From: Gemmatimonadota bacterium
Lineage (GTDB): Bacteria; Gemmatimonadota; Gemmatimonadetes; Palauibacterales; Palauibacteraceae
Direction: 5' to 3'
DNA: 64,000 nucleotides
NCBI GenBank assembly: GCA_963666735.1
Contig: OY762926.1
Location: 406,734 to 470,733 of the forward strand
Shown here: positions 61,727 through 64,000 of the stretch, piece by piece
Position numbering within the stretch: the stretch's first letter is position 1
How the letters are laid out: each line of letters begins with the position of its first letter
Notes under the pieces: generated by a model
Databases searched by the model: none
What the model saw: the letters and a program-made list of their open reading frames with translations, nothing else
What the model was told of the DNA's origin: nothing
Program-made: the position numbers and the translations under genes

Positions 61727-63520
61727 TCAGTTTCCGATTCTGGGGAAAACGAGCTGCTGATCCGCCTCCACCACCGACACGGCCCCCGCGATGCCCTCCG
61801 CGATTTCGAACACGAGCTGCACGGCCGAACCGTGCAGCAGGAAAGTCGTCGGGGACTGGGGGAGCAGCGGAAACGCGTCCTCGCCCGTGCGGGCGGCCAT
61901 GAGAACGCCATCCTCGAGCGTGACGGTCAGGGTCGTGGCCGGGTCGACCCGGTACTCGCCCGCCAGAGAGGACAGATCCCCGGGCTCCACGCGCACGACG
62001 GGGAGCCGCAGCGCCGGATCGGGTTCGACGCCCAGATCGGACAGGCGCTCAAGAAGGCGGGGCATGCCGGGGTTGTATGTCAGCGCGTCCCGGATGTGGG
62101 CGGACGCCGCTTCCGGGGCCCCGACTTCCTCGTGAAGTTCGGACAGCGCGAAGCGGACGAGAGGGGTCTCGGGCGTTCCGGCCGCGTAGGCCTCGAGGAT
62201 CGCAATGGCCGTATCCGGGTCGTCCTCCCGGAAATGGCCCGCGAACCGCAGGATCTGGCCGGAGGAGTAGTCGTATTCCTCCGGTCGCGTCCGCCGCCAG
62301 TTGTCGTACCTCGACATCGCCGCCTCGACCCCGCCCGCCTGGACGATCGGCAGCAGCCGCTCCGCGATCGACGGTTTCGGCCGCACGGCTTCGGCGCCCC
62401 ACAGCACATTCGTCAGACCCTGCACGAGCGGTCCCAGGTCGGAGGATGTGTTGTCCAGCAGCACGATGAGGCGTCCGTGGTCCGGGAAGACGCGCAGGTG
62501 GGAGGAGAAGCCGAAGATCCCTCCCGAGTGTTCGATCGCGCGCACGCCGAGGTCGCGCTCGATATCCCGCCTCCGCACGCCCACGCCGTACCCGTACGAC
62601 CCGGATTCGAGGCCCGGGGTCGTCATCCGCGCCAGCGTCTCCGTATCCCGGAACAGGTTCCCTTCAACGAAGAGGCCCGTGGCCCAGCGAGCGAGGTCGC
62701 CGACGGTGGAGTACAGCATGCCGGCGGAGTAGGGCACGGACGGGTCGATGAGACGCGCCGGCCGATAGCCGACGAGATCGCGGGTGTGTCCGCGTGCGTG
62801 GCCCTCCGGCGGCCAAAGCCCGTAATCGTATCCGGTATCGCGCAGTTCCAGCGGGTCGAGCACGTACGTGCGGAGCGCTTCGTCGTAGCTCAAGCCGGTG
62901 ACCCGTTCCGCGATCCAGCCGAGGAGCACGTAGCCCGAGTTCGAATACTCGAAGTCGGTCCCCGGTTCGAACGAAGGCGGATCTTCCCACGTGAGGGCGA
63001 TGATCTCGTCCGGCGAGAACGGGGTCGCGGCCTCCCACTCCATGAACCCCGGCATGTTCGTGTAGCTCGGCAGCCCCGATGTGTGGGTGAGCAGGTGGTG
63101 GAGCGTGATTCGTTCCGCGTATTCCGGCGGATATTCCTCGATATGGCGGCCCACGGGATCCTCGACCCGCAGCAGTCCCTCCTCCTCGAGTCTGAGGATC
63201 AGCGCGGCCGTGAACTGCTTCGTCAGCGAGGCGATGCGGAACCGCGTGCTCAGGGCATTGGCGCCCCCTGCCGTGAAGTCGGATTGGCCGAACGCTCCCT
63301 CGAACAGGACCTCGCCGTCATCGACGATCAGGGCCGCGCCGTTGAAGAGTCCCAGATCATGGAAGGACCGGAGGTAGCCTTCCGCGCGGCCGGCACGCGA
63401 CTGCGCCTCGACGGCGGACGCGAGCCCGAAGGCGAGCACCGCGGCAAGACCGTACTTCCAGGCGGATTTTCTGTGCCGATACAAGCGGGATCCTTCCGTA
63501 GAGCGGCAAGGAGCCGGCAA
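61727..63520 (-). CDS. Serine hydrolase, beta-lactamase/PBP-like (class C fold) with C-terminal extension
   Basis: Signal peptide; 'IASLTKQF' (SxxK), 'YSNSGY' (YxN), 'HSGG'. Confidence 0.75.
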   Translation of the reverse strand: MPAPCRSTEGSRLYRHRKSAWKYGLAAVLAFGLASAVEAQSRAGRAEGYLRSFHDLGLFNGAALIVDDGEVLFEGAFGQSDFTAGGANALSTRFRIASLTKQFTAALILRLEEEGLLRVEDPVGRHIEEYPPEYAERITLHHLLTHTSGLPSYTNMPGFMEWEAATPFSPDEIIALTWEDPPSFEPGTDFEYSNSGYVLLGWIAERVTGLSYDEALRTYVLDPLELRDTGYDYGLWPPEGHARGHTRDLVGYRPARLIDPSVPYSAGMLYSTVGDLARWATGLFVEGNLFRDTETLARMTTPGLESGSYGYGVGVRRRDIERDLGVRAIEHSGGIFGFSSHLRVFPDHGRLIVLLDNTSSDLGPLVQGLTNVLWGAEAVRPKPSIAERLLPIVQAGGVEAAMSRYDNWRRTRPEEYDYSSGQILRFAGHFREDDPDTAIAILEAYAAGTPETPLVRFALSELHEEVGAPEAASAHIRDALTYNPGMPRLLERLSDLGVEPDPALRLPVVRVEPGDLSSLAGEYRVDPATTLTVTLEDGVLMAARTGEDAFPLLPQSPTTFLLHGSAVQLVFEIAEGIAGAVSVVEADQQLVFPRIGN

Positions 63521-63568
63521 GGAGCCGGAAAGCTCGCGTCCCCCGAACGAAAGAGATAGGATCGCATC

Positions 63569-64000
63569 ATGCGCTCGAACTCAAGTCGGCAGCGGTCCCG
63601 GATCCTGGAACTGGAGGAGGCTGCGCGGCCGCTCGACCCCGACGCGGGCGAGCGCGACCGCCTCATGGCCGAAGTACACGCCTACGCGCAGGGGTTCCTG
63701 AGCGGGCTTCCCGAACGACCCGCCTACCGGCAGGACAAGTCGGCCGTCGCGAAGATCCGGGAACTCGGCGTCGGGAGCGACGCGCGGTCCGTGGAGCGGT
63801 CCATCGAGCGGCTCATCGAGCGGATCGATGAATCCGTCGTGGGGGCGGGACTCGTGCCCTCCCACGGCGGGCACCTCGGGTACATCCCCGGCGGCGGCAT
63901 CTACGCCTCTTCGCTCGCCGACTACCTCGCGGCCGTCACGAACGAATACGCCGGCGTGCGCTTTACGGGCCCCGGCGCCGTCGAGATGGAGAACGTCGTG
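63569..64000 (+). CDS. PLP-dependent decarboxylase-family protein (group II-like), 3' end outside window
   Basis: Not in ORF track (no stop in window). 'HGGHLGYIPGGGIYASSLADYLAAVTNEYAGV...GPGAVEME' resembles the N-terminal region of group II decarboxylases. Confidence 0.45.
   Translation, partial: MRSNSSRQRSRILELEEAARPLDPDAGERDRLMAEVHAYAQGFLSGLPERPAYRQDKSAVAKIRELGVGSDARSVERSIERLIERIDESVVGAGLVPSHGGHLGYIPGGGIYASSLADYLAAVTNEYAGVRFTGPGAVEMENVV

Noticed and set aside
1-64000. CRISPR arrays, tRNA/rRNA genes, integrase/prophage genes
   Set aside because: No repeat-spacer periodicity, no tRNA-like T-loop/acceptor patterns and no integrase or phage structural motifs were recognised by eye. Absence cannot be proven without tRNAscan/Infernal/CRISPR detectors.

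Overview
High-GC (roughly 68-70% by eye) bacterial chromosomal segment, densely coding on both strands. No rRNA, tRNA or CRISPR arrays were recognised.

Backbone genes: two-subunit aconitase-X (AcnX-type dehydratase), several M20 hydrolases, SRAP/YedK, a nitrilase-family hydrolase, NudC, RecQ, ArfB, LepB, three tandem secreted amidohydrolases, a PQQ dehydrogenase, and an HME-type RND efflux pair.

Accessory content:
- A 5'-truncated AAA_21 ATPase plus a TOPRIM-like (DUF4276-like) gene at the left edge, resembling a split OLD/Gabija-type module.
- An IS1182-family insertion sequence (~8948-10604) sitting on a degraded Phd-PIN toxin-antitoxin remnant.
- A lower-GC island (~15.9-25.4 kb) holding: a hypothetical gene paired with a Schlafen-like AlbA_2/HATPase_c_4 ATPase; a ~50% GC two-gene cassette split by an IS3-family element (with a SLOG/TIR-like Rossmann effector candidate); a long Fic protein; and a single 673-aa gene flanked by 39-bp direct repeats.

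The 673-aa gene is the most interesting feature. It fuses a DUF1998 (DrmB/MrfB-like) zinc-cysteine module, a Vsr/DUF559-like endonuclease fold and a LexA-type S24 autopeptidase that retains the Ala-Gly cleavage site and the Ser/Lys dyad. It is a candidate RecA*/SOS-triggered defence effector, and I do not know this architecture as a described system.

Other notable items:
- A UGSC-family selenoprotein gene with an in-frame TGA and an fdhF-like SECIS hairpin, hidden inside a mis-called 500-aa ORF.
- Complete Phd/VapC and HepT/MNT toxin-antitoxin pairs.
- A Fur-box-like palindrome upstream of a frameshifted CbiX-like gene.
- A 4x tandem 11-12-bp repeat plus a palindrome upstream of the amidohydrolase operon.
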